A DNA stretch of 64,000 nucleotides. Source: Chthonomonas calidirosea. GTDB taxonomy: Bacteria; Armatimonadota; Fimbriimonadia; Fimbriimonadales; Fimbriimonadaceae. The translations under genes were made by a program, and so were the position numbers. Positions 56,120-64,000 of this stretch are shown here, in pieces (positions within the stretch are counted from its first letter, which is position 1; each line of letters begins with the position of its first letter). The stretch lies in the NCBI GenBank assembly GCA_945859975.1, contig CAMAPH010000002.1, positions 91,768 to 155,767 of the forward strand, written 5' to 3'. Under the pieces are notes generated by a model. It saw only the letters and a program-made list of their open reading frames with translations, was not told the DNA's origin and ran no database searches.

Positions 56120-56587
56120 GTGCGTTGTCCGTTCTGTGGTTATGTCGATCAGCGAGTGCTGGATTCACGTCCATCGCTCGAAGGCGACTCCGTTCGACGT
56201 CGCCGTGAGTGCACGGGATGCGGACGAAGATTCACGACGTTCGAAAAAGCCGAAAGGCCGCGACTATTTGTCGTGAAGCGAGATCGATCGCGAGAAGAGT
56301 TCGACCGAGACAAGGTGATGAACTCGCTCCTCCTCGCGTGCCGCAAACGCCGGATTCCAATTGAGGACCTCCGCGCCGCCGTACAACGCATCGAACGGGA
56401 CCTATTTATCGAAGCCGATGAAGAAGTGCCCACCCAAGCCATCGGAGAGCGCGTCCTCCGAGAACTTCGCCGCATCGATCAAGTCGCCTACGTACGCTTT
56501 GCCAGCGTCTACCGCGACTTCGAAACTCTCGATGATTTCATCGGCATCGTCAACGATGTCAGCGGCCGCGCAACCATCGCCGTTTAG
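56120..56587 (+). CDS. nrdR: Transcriptional repressor NrdR
   Basis: CPFC...DSR...RRRRECTGCGRRFTTFE, ATP-cone, VAYVRFASVYRDF. GGAG RBS before GTG. Confidence 0.96.
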   Translation: MRCPFCGYVDQRVLDSRPSLEGDSVRRRRECTGCGRRFTTFEKAERPRLFVVKRDRSREEFDRDKVMNSLLLACRKRRIPIEDLRAAVQRIERDLFIEADEEVPTQAIGERVLRELRRIDQVAYVRFASVYRDFETLDDFIGIVNDVSGRATIAV

Positions 56588-56649
56588 TAATCAGATCAGA
56601 ATTTAGGTAGACAAAAGTCCACATATCAAGGAGAATGTAGCAGGAAGCC

Positions 56650-59600
56650 ATGCAAGTTAGTCGTTATTTCACTGTCGCCGATCAGAGTCCGTACTCAGGG
56701 ATTGAGTTTGAAGCTCGAAAATCCGAAATCAAGAACACCGACGGGTCAAAGGTGTTCTCGATGGAGAACGTCATGGTTCCATCCGGATGGAGCCAAGTTG
56801 CCACCGACATCCTGGCCCAAAAATATTTCCGCAAAGCGGGCCTAACCGTCGGACAGGTGAACGGCAAAGAGTACGCCGGAGTCAATGCCGAGCACGTCAC
56901 CCCAGTTGCCGAGCACGAGTCCGATTCCCGCCAGGTCTTCCACCGCCTTGCCGGCTGTTGGCGAAGTTGGGGCGAAGCGAACGCCTACTTCGATACTGCC
57001 GCAGATGCTCAAGCTTTTTATGACGAGCTCGTCCGCATGCTCGCGATGCAGGTCGCCGCGCCGAACAGTCCGCAGTGGTTTAACACCGGCTTGCACTTTG
57101 CCTACGGCATCGAAGGTGTGGCTCAAGGTCACTACTTCGTCAATCCAAATACCGGCGAACTTGAGCGATCGGCGAACGCCTACGAGCGACCTCAGCCGCA
57201 TGCTTGCTTCATTTTGAGCGTCAAGGATGACCTCGTGAACGAAGGCGGCATCATGGACCTCTGGACCCGTGAAGCCCGAATCTTCAAGTACGGCTCCGGC
57301 GTCGGCACCAACTTCTCGAAGATTCGCGGCGAGAGCGAAAAGCTGTCCGGCGGCGGCCGCAGTTCCGGCCTCATGAGCTTCCTTCGCGTCGGCGACCGAT
57401 CTGCCGGCGCCATCAAGTCCGGTGGAACCACCCGCCGCGCGGCGAAGATGGTCTGCCTTGACCTTGATCACCCAGACATCGAAGAGTTCATCAACTGGAA
57501 GGTTCGCGAAGAGCAGAAGGTTGCCGCGCTAGTTGCCGGTAGCCGGATTGTTCAGAAGCACCTGAACGCCGTCATGGCCGCTTGCACCAGCGACACGAGC
57601 GAAGGTCGATTCAACCCGCGCACGAATCCCGCGCTGTACCGCGCCGTCGCCGAAGCCAAAGCTTCCGAGGTTCCACCGAACTACATCCAGCGGGCGATTC
57701 AGTTTGCCCAGCAGGGTTACACCTCGCTGGAAACCGAGACCTACGACACCGGCTACGAGAGCGAGGCTTACCTGACCGTATCTGGCCAGAACAGCAACAA
57801 CTCGGTCCGCGTTCCGAACGAATTCTTCTATGCCGTTCAGCAGGGCAAGTCTTGGGATTTGACTTCCCGAACCACCGGCAAGACGGTGAAGTCGGTTGAG
57901 GCGACCGACCTTTGGGAGCAGATTTGCGAAGCCGCTTGGAACAGTGCTGACCCAGGTCTTCAGTACGACACCACCATCAACGAGTGGCACACCTGCCCCG
58001 CCGATGGTCGAATCAACGCCAGCAACCCTTGCTCGGAGTACATGTTCCTCGACGACACCGCGTGCAACCTCGCCAGCATCAACCTGGTGAAGTTCTACAA
58101 CCCGGAGACGCGAGAATTTGACATCAAGGGCTACCAGCACGCCATCCGAATCTGGACGATGGTTCTGGAAATCAGCGTTCTCATGGCGCAGTTCCCGAGC
58201 AAGGAGATCGCCCAGCTCAGCTATGACTTCCGCACCCTCGGCCTCGGCTATGCCAACCTCGGCGCGCTCCTCATGCAGATGGGAATCGCCTACGACAGCC
58301 CAGAAGGCTTCGCGATCACCGGAGCCCTCACCGGCATCCTTGGTGGCGGCGCCTATGCTGCGAGCGCCGAAATGGCGCGAGAGCACGGACCGTTCCCGGG
58401 CTACGAGCGCAACGCGGAGAACATGCTGCGGGTCATCCGAAACCACCGCCGCGCTACTTACAACGCGCCGAAGGACGACTACGAATCGCTCAGCGTGTAT
58501 CCCGTCGGGATCGACCAGAACATCTGCCCGGCCGATATGCTCGCCGCATCCAAGGACATTTGGGATCAGGCACTGGCCCTTGGCGAGAAGCACGGCTTCC
58601 GCAACGCTCAGGTCACCGTTCTCGCCCCAACCGGCACGATCGGTCTGATCATGGACTGCGACACCACCGGAATCGAGCCCGATTTCGCGCTGGTCAAGTT
58701 CAAGAAGCTCTCGGGAGGCGGTTACTTCAAGATCATCAACCAGGGTATTCCGGTCTCCCTTCGCGGCCTCGGATACTCGCAGGCTCAGATCGACGGAATC
58801 ATCGGCTACGCGCTTGGCCACAAGACGCTCGCCGGTGCGCCGTACATCAACCACGAATCGCTGGGCATGAAGGGCTTCGGCTCCGAGCAGATCCAGGCGA
58901 TCGAAGCCGCCCTTGAGTCGGCCTTCGAAATCGGCTTTGCCTTCAACAAGTTCACCCTGGGCGATGACTTCTGCCAGAACGTGCTCGGCTTCAACGCCGA
59001 TCAGCTCAACGATTGGTCGTTCAGCATGCTGCAGGAGCTCGGCTTCTCCAAGGCCGAAATCGATGCTGCAAACGAGTACGTCTGCGGAACGATGACCGTC
59101 GAAGGTGCACCAGACCTTCGACCCGAGCATCTACCGATCTTCGACTGCGCCAACAAGTGCGGAAAGAAGGGCACGCGGTTCATCCACGCCAGCGGACACA
59201 TCCGACAAATGGCCGCCGCGCAGCCGTTCCTTTCGGGAGCCATCAGCAAGACGATCAACTTGCCCGCCGAAGCTAGCATCAAGGATGTTGCCGACGCTTA
59301 CTGGCTCAGTTGGAACCTTGGCATCAAGGCAAACGCCCTGTACCGAGACGGAAGCAAACTAAGCCAGCCGCTGAACGCGAGCTCGGACGATGCTGCCGCC
59401 GCCATTCTCGACGCATCGCTCGATCACCCGGCTCCGGTCGCGGCGGTCGAAACCAATGACGCCGTGATGGACGCCGCCACCAAGCTGGTCTATCGCTACA
59501 TCAGTAAGCGCCGAAGCATGCCCGCCCGACGTCGCGGCTACACGCAAAAGGCCCGAGTTGGAGGCCACAAGGTCTACCTGCGAACGGGTGAGTTTGAAGA

Positions 59601-60306
59601 CGGAACGCTGGGAGAAATCTTCGTGGATATGCACCGCGAAGGTGCCGCCTTCCGGTCGCTCATGAACTGCTTCGCCATCGCGATTTCGCTTGGCTTGCAG
59701 TACGGCGTGCCGCTCGAAGAATTCGTCGAAGCGTTTGTCTTCACCCGGTTCGAGCCAAATGGCCCGGTCGCCGATCACCAGAACATCAAGATGTCCACCA
59801 GCATCGTGGACTACATGTTCCGCGAGTTGGCGCTGAGCTACCTTGGCCGAACGGACCTGGTTCAGGTGAAGCCCGAAGATCTGCGGAATGACACGGTTGG
59901 CCGACCAAGCCAGTACCCTGACTTCGATGATGAAGAAGTGGAAGACGAGAACTTCGCTGGCCACATCCCTGGCCGCGCCGGGACCGAGCACTCCTCGGCC
60001 GGTTTCCAAGCCCCGCTGCCTTTCGGTGACAACGCCGGAGCAACGGGTAGCCCAACCGACACCCTGATCCGCTCCCAAGTCGGCGCGGCGGCGGTATACG
60101 AGGATCGTTTCGTGAGCGGAAACGGCGCCAATGGCCGAGCGCTGATTGAGACCTCGGCTCGGTCGGAGAGTTCGGAGAAGGTTCGAATCGCTCGCCTAAA
60201 AGGCTACGAATCCGACCCGTGCACAAACTGCGGGTCGTTCACGATGGTCCGCAATGGCGTCTGCCTCAAGTGCGACACCTGCGGCGAAACGAGCGGCTGC
60301 AGCTAG
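56650..60306 (+). CDS. nrdJ: Class II (adenosylcobalamin-dependent) ribonucleotide reductase with TSCPD domain
   Basis: [48 protein letters not shown]-terminal CTNC...CDTC. Confidence 0.96.
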   Translation: MQVSRYFTVADQSPYSGIEFEARKSEIKNTDGSKVFSMENVMVPSGWSQVATDILAQKYFRKAGLTVGQVNGKEYAGVNAEHVTPVAEHESDSRQVFHRLAGCWRSWGEANAYFDTAADAQAFYDELVRMLAMQVAAPNSPQWFNTGLHFAYGIEGVAQGHYFVNPNTGELERSANAYERPQPHACFILSVKDDLVNEGGIMDLWTREARIFKYGSGVGTNFSKIRGESEKLSGGGRSSGLMSFLRVGDRSAGAIKSGGTTRRAAKMVCLDLDHPDIEEFINWKVREEQKVAALVAGSRIVQKHLNAVMAACTSDTSEGRFNPRTNPALYRAVAEAKASEVPPNYIQRAIQFAQQGYTSLETETYDTGYESEAYLTVSGQNSNNSVRVPNEFFYAVQQGKSWDLTSRTTGKTVKSVEATDLWEQICEAAWNSADPGLQYDTTINEWHTCPADGRINASNPCSEYMFLDDTACNLASINLVKFYNPETREFDIKGYQHAIRIWTMVLEISVLMAQFPSKEIAQLSYDFRTLGLGYANLGALLMQMGIAYDSPEGFAITGALTGILGGGAYAASAEMAREHGPFPGYERNAENMLRVIRNHRRATYNAPKDDYESLSVYPVGIDQNICPADMLAASKDIWDQALALGEKHGFRNAQVTVLAPTGTIGLIMDCDTTGIEPDFALVKFKKLSGGGYFKIINQGIPVSLRGLGYSQAQIDGIIGYALGHKTLAGAPYINHESLGMKGFGSEQIQAIEAALESAFEIGFAFNKFTLGDDFCQNVLGFNADQLNDWSFSMLQELGFSKAEIDAANEYVCGTMTVEGAPDLRPEHLPIFDCANKCGKKGTRFIHASGHIRQMAAAQPFLSGAISKTINLPAEASIKDVADAYWLSWNLGIKANALYRDGSKLSQPLNASSDDAAAAILDASLDHPAPVAAVETNDAVMDAATKLVYRYISKRRSMPARRRGYTQKARVGGHKVYLRTGEFEDGTLGEIFVDMHREGAAFRSLMNCFAIAISLGLQYGVPLEEFVEAFVFTRFEPNGPVADHQNIKMSTSIVDYMFRELALSYLGRTDLVQVKPEDLRNDTVGRPSQYPDFDDEEVEDENFAGHIPGRAGTEHSSAGFQAPLPFGDNAGATGSPTDTLIRSQVGAAAVYEDRFVSGNGANGRALIETSARSESSEKVRIARLKGYESDPCTNCGSFTMVRNGVCLKCDTCGETSGCS

Positions 60307-60311
60307 GAAGT

Positions 60312-61052
60312 ATGGAAGGATGTTCCCCACAAAATGTGCTCCTGGCTTTCTATGAAGGTTCCGAGCGCCTCCTAAGATCACAGTTTGATGGTCTTCGGTC
60401 ACATCCTTCCAAACATCCATCTATTAGAGGACAGTATCTAGAGTCATTTGTGAGTAGTTTTCTAACGAACGTGCTTCCTGATCATGTTGGCATCAGCGCA
60501 GGAACGGTGATTTCTTCCACTGGTCAATTAATGGAGCAATCTCGTCAACACGATATAATCGTGTACGATAAAACGGTTCCATCCTTCCGCGTGGATCCCC
60601 ACAACGGGATTTTTCTTGCGGAAGGAGTGATCGCCTGCCTGGAAGTTAAGACTCGAATAGATCTTCCAGCAATTCGGCAGGCATCATCTGCAGCGACGAT
60701 GTTGAAAGGAATGCCGAGGAACTATGGTTCTGGTCTAGGCTTTGAGAGCCCAGCACATGATCCTTCTCGGTACGCTCGTCCACTATACTTCTTGGTTGGA
60801 TCGGAGGGCGCAGGGTGTAGGAGTATCTCGAACGATTATATCAGCAAGTCGCTCATCGACGCCGTAGTCATACCATGCAGCTTAAATGTAAGTCACTCAG
60901 ACCTAACGTTTAGAGCTAAAAATGCATATCACCAAACGCTACTAACGAGTAGTGACCCCGTTGGCATGGGAATCATAGCCCTAAACATCTCGACTTGGGC
61001 TGCACATCGAGGTTGTAGAAACTTTTCTCTAGCACCGTACTTTAGCGAATAG
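60312..61052 (+). CDS. DUF6602/NucC-like restriction-endonuclease-fold protein
   Basis: HPSIRGQYLE...LP...QSRQHDIIVYD...AEGVIACLEVK. More AT-rich than its neighbours. Confidence 0.75.
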   Translation: MEGCSPQNVLLAFYEGSERLLRSQFDGLRSHPSKHPSIRGQYLESFVSSFLTNVLPDHVGISAGTVISSTGQLMEQSRQHDIIVYDKTVPSFRVDPHNGIFLAEGVIACLEVKTRIDLPAIRQASSAATMLKGMPRNYGSGLGFESPAHDPSRYARPLYFLVGSEGAGCRSISNDYISKSLIDAVVIPCSLNVSHSDLTFRAKNAYHQTLLTSSDPVGMGIIALNISTWAAHRGCRNFSLAPYFSE

Positions 61053-61098
61053 AATTGTTTTAGAAATATATCTTCTCTGTAGGTTTGAAAAACGAAAA

Positions 61099-61311
61099 AT
61101 GTCGGACGATAACAAAGTGAAGGGACCGGCTTCCTACTTCCCTTCAATCGAAAAAACCTACGGCCAGCCGATCTCGCATTGGGAGACGATCCTTTCCGGG
61201 CTCGCCGACAAGACCCACATGGAGCGGGTTACGGTTCTGAAAGAGCAGCACGGATTAGGCCACGGTCACGCGAACGCTTTGGTGGCCTACTTCAAGTCGA
61301 AGGCTAGTTGA
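61099..61311 (+). CDS. DUF4287 domain protein
   Basis: KGPASYFPSIEKTYGQPI...LKEQHGLGHGHANALV. Confidence 0.9.
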   Translation: MSDDNKVKGPASYFPSIEKTYGQPISHWETILSGLADKTHMERVTVLKEQHGLGHGHANALVAYFKSKAS

Positions 61312-61313
61312 GC

Positions 61314-62051
61314 TCAGCCACCGTAGAGAAGGGCCTGGTTCACTCGGTAGGTTTCGTCAAAGCCAACGCGGATCACAATGGTGTCTCCACTCTTTGTAGT
61401 GATCACGTCAACTGGTGCGTCGCTGGCGACGGCTTTGCCTTTGACGAAAAGCACGCGCCGCTTTTGATCTTTGAATGTAAATTCGAGCGTGGCGGTCCCG
61501 CCGGTACCCCGGCGGATGACTCCGGCTTTGGCCTTCTTGATGTCCTTGTACAGGTAATGCTCAAACGGCACCTCGGCAGTGGCGTGGTATGGGGTGCCAG
61601 GGACTAGAGCATCTTTCCCGCCGGACAGCGCAGGCAGCGGCTGACCGGAAATTTTTGCGTTAAACGAGTAGTTCGTCGACTCGCCTCTCCGACCCGCGGC
61701 ACGATTGATAAAGACACGAACGCGGACTGGCCCATCGATTGGCATCATGCAGGTCGCCTTGTTTCCGCTGATGTCGCTGGTAGCCATTGCGGTCTCCGTA
61801 TTTGGCGCGTAGATAAGGTATCCCGCGCTCAGATTCTTTGCAGAGAAATCGAGAGAAAGGGTTTGACCCGCCTTCATTTTGATGAGGTGATCCGCCATTT
61901 GACGCCCCACCAACTTGCCCTGAACGGTCTTTGAGGTCTGCCCAGGACCGAAAGTCAGCGGCATCTGTTTTGGTGCCTGCGCATGCGCGAAGGGCGTGGC
62001 ACACAGGAACGAAAGCAGAAACGCGGGCGACCAAACAAGAACTTTTTTCAT
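61314..62051 (-). CDS. Secreted protein with a PliG-like N-terminal domain and a second beta domain
   Basis: Signal peptide, LTFGPGQTSKTVQG...KAGQTLS...VRVFINRAAGRR, then GTPYHATAEV. Confidence 0.65.
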   Translation of the reverse strand: MKKVLVWSPAFLLSFLCATPFAHAQAPKQMPLTFGPGQTSKTVQGKLVGRQMADHLIKMKAGQTLSLDFSAKNLSAGYLIYAPNTETAMATSDISGNKATCMMPIDGPVRVRVFINRAAGRRGESTNYSFNAKISGQPLPALSGGKDALVPGTPYHATAEVPFEHYLYKDIKKAKAGVIRRGTGGTATLEFTFKDQKRRVLFVKGKAVASDAPVDVITTKSGDTIVIRVGFDETYRVNQALLYGG

Positions 62052-62265
62052 CTTCAAATTCTCTCGCAGAACGCCGCCCCCGCCGGTTCCGGCTGCGAAT
62101 CGCAAACCGCCAACTGGGCGATGGCGCACGCTCAATCTAAGTTATTGGCTGATTCACGCCGGGCCGCACCAGGTTTTTGGGGCTTTCGATTTGCCAAAGT
62201 CACGTCGTCCTAGGGCTCCCGAAACTTTGTTTGAGAAATGAATGCATTGACGATAGACTATTGCT

Positions 62266-63621
62266 ATGCCGCTCGCTTCGACGCTCAGCTTATTGCTCGT
62301 GATTGGGGCCTCCAGCGCTTCTGGGCCGATTCAGGGCCAGAAGGTGCGGACGGCGCAGGACGATTATGCGGCGGCTGGCAAGCTGGTGCGAGGATCAATT
62401 GCGGCAACCCTGACTACCTACGACACCGTCGAGCAGCTACGCGCCTCGATGGAACAGAGTAAGCAAAGCGCGAAAAAAGAAAACGAACTTGGTATTGGCC
62501 CTGAAGAGTCAAATCAGTTTATCAAGGAACTTGAAAGAGCGCTTCGTGCCTTGCCCACTGGACCAAGGCGGCCGACTCGGCTCGACTTCGACCGGGTGAT
62601 TGCCCAGGAATTCGAACCCACATGGCGCTTGATTCTGCAAGGGAATCGAAATCCTAATATGCCTGAGCCACGAAAGGAGGCGAGCCTTGGTCTTGACTTT
62701 CCCATAAGCGCAAGTTTCAAATTTCTTGTAAAGATTGCCGTCCGAAAGGCTCGCTTTGAACTCGCGATTGGCAACGGCGCGGCGGCGCTGCGAACCTTCC
62801 GCGAAACTTTCCAGTTCGCTCAGCGAACCAGAAATGAGTCTTACATTGATCGCCTGGTGATGGTGGCTCTAGAAGCGATCATCTTTGCTGAGCTCGAAAA
62901 GTCCTTGAGTGCTCTTCCGTCCCAAGGACTTCCCGAGCTCATACAAGCCATTAATGCCAGCATTTCTGGCCCATCGAAGTTACAAAGCTCAATACTCGGC
63001 GAAAAACTCAATAATTTGGCGCTTATTGAAATGACGGAGAAGGGATTTGAATCTGACCCGAAAGGGTCTGCGGACTACGATTCAGATTCGGATGATGACG
63101 AGGAAAAGGATGAAGACGAACCAAAGTGGCGTGCATTGTTCCAGAGTCTTGGGAATTCAACTCCCGCCGAGCGCCGAATCTTCTTCCAAAATACTCGCGC
63201 TCGATTGGATCAAACCTACGGAGCGTTCGGACGAATGCTGTCTCAACCGGAGTTCAACTGGAACTTCAAACCGGCATCGACGCCTTCTGAAAGCCACTTA
63301 GATTTCTACGTGTATTTCCACACACAGCTTCTTCCGAGCGTGGCTCGAGCTGATGCCGAGGCGCGAACGCGATGCCGAATCGCTGCAATCACACTGGCGG
63401 CGAGGGAGTTTGCTTGGCAGCATGGGCGGTACCCGACCGAGCTTTCGGAGTTCCTCACCAAAGCCGAAGCTCACGACCCGCTCAACAACAACCCGTTTGA
63501 GTATTCGATCGAGCAGGGCAATATCGTCGTCAAGACCGCCGTCCACCCAATCCTCGGCCAGATCACCCTCCGCAAACTCCCAGCGGACCCGGCGGCAGCG
63601 CGGCGTCCGAAGCGGCCTTGA
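62266..63621 (+). CDS. Secreted alpha-helical hypothetical protein with an acidic tract and pseudopilin-like C-terminal motif
   Basis: Signal peptide, DSDSDDDEEKDEDE, HGRYPTELSE...DPLNNNPFEY. Confidence 0.7.
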   Translation: MPLASTLSLLLVIGASSASGPIQGQKVRTAQDDYAAAGKLVRGSIAATLTTYDTVEQLRASMEQSKQSAKKENELGIGPEESNQFIKELERALRALPTGPRRPTRLDFDRVIAQEFEPTWRLILQGNRNPNMPEPRKEASLGLDFPISASFKFLVKIAVRKARFELAIGNGAAALRTFRETFQFAQRTRNESYIDRLVMVALEAIIFAELEKSLSALPSQGLPELIQAINASISGPSKLQSSILGEKLNNLALIEMTEKGFESDPKGSADYDSDSDDDEEKDEDEPKWRALFQSLGNSTPAERRIFFQNTRARLDQTYGAFGRMLSQPEFNWNFKPASTPSESHLDFYVYFHTQLLPSVARADAEARTRCRIAAITLAAREFAWQHGRYPTELSEFLTKAEAHDPLNNNPFEYSIEQGNIVVKTAVHPILGQITLRKLPADPAAARRPKRP

Positions 63622-63625
63622 TCCA

Positions 63626-64000
63626 ATGAAACCAACCCTCCTTCTCAAATGGCTTGCGATCATTCTGGTTGGCGAATCATTGGTTTTGGCGCAAATTGCG
63701 TTTGGCGATCAGTTCCTGACGTTCTTCGTCCTGATGTTTATCCAACTATTCGCTGGCATGTTTCTGTTCGGCGTCGTGCCTAACCTTGGCCCAGATTCAA
63801 AATCTTATCAATATTGGCTAGCTGGCGTTGTTCTGGTTGTCTGGATAACCTCGTCATTCGCTCCAGCGAGAGAAACCGTTTACTCAGCCGTACGGTTTAA
63901 CTTTGTAAAGCCACAGCTCCTGCAGGCCGTTTCGGAAGCGCAGAGAGCAGCGGCCAAATCGGGAACAGTTGGACGATGCGAATTTGAAAGAACGGATGCG
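63626..64000 (+). CDS. Hypothetical membrane protein (3' truncated by window edge)
   Basis: ATG 63626 opens a frame reading MKPTLLLKWLAIILVG... with three hydrophobic segments and no stop before 64000. Confidence 0.7.
   Translation, partial: MKPTLLLKWLAIILVGESLVLAQIAFGDQFLTFFVLMFIQLFAGMFLFGVVPNLGPDSKSYQYWLAGVVLVVWITSSFAPARETVYSAVRFNFVKPQLLQAVSEAQRAAAKSGTVGRCEFERTDA

Noticed and set aside
57529-59130. 533-aa antisense ORF inside nrdJ, and similar long shadow ORFs at 34389-35399, 19490-20461 and 24871-25806
   Set aside because: They lie fully opposite well-supported genes and show no motifs. They are the expected result of high-GC codon bias.
56650-60306. Intein or intron in nrdJ
   Set aside because: The active-site NPCSEY region is contiguous, and the length is explained by the TSCPD domain and linker.
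12582-60306. Apparent clustering of B12-related genes (GlmL, MetH, QueG-like, NrdJ)
   Set aside because: They are spread over 48 kb among unrelated genes with no shared operator or cobalamin riboswitch seen, so chance is sufficient.

Overview
A 64-kb chromosomal window from a high-GC bacterium, most likely Armatimonadota (Fimbriimonadia-like). This is inferred from the FTLIELLVVIAIIAILAAILFPVFAQAK prepilin-type proteins, S8 peptidases with NBR1-Ig-like tails and stand-alone STN-like proteins. Housekeeping genes (purD, purB, rplJ-rplL with an L10 leader, rpsT, clpC, trxB, pheS/pheT, nrdR-nrdJ, the N-terminal half of metH) are interleaved with lineage-specific secreted proteins. I found no rRNA, tRNA, CRISPR array, integrase or transposase. 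The strongest unexplained signal is at 18329-19046 on the minus strand. A 149-aa DIP1984/DUF6847-like coiled-coil gene is followed directly by a candidate ~200-nt structured ncRNA. That RNA has its own -10 element, a long closing stem whose G-U wobbles favour the minus strand, and a single-stranded array of seven ~7-nt TCAAANY repeats, followed by a terminator. Other notable items: a SRAP protein with an inserted QLNLF clamp-binding-like motif; a 41-bp direct repeat flanking a stand-alone Clp-N gene inserted at the 3' end of an NDH-2 gene; a TetR-operator-controlled QueG-like/SCP2 operon; an orphan NucC-like nuclease; a split MetH; and frequent apparently leaderless genes. All family assignments are from motif recognition by eye, not database searches.
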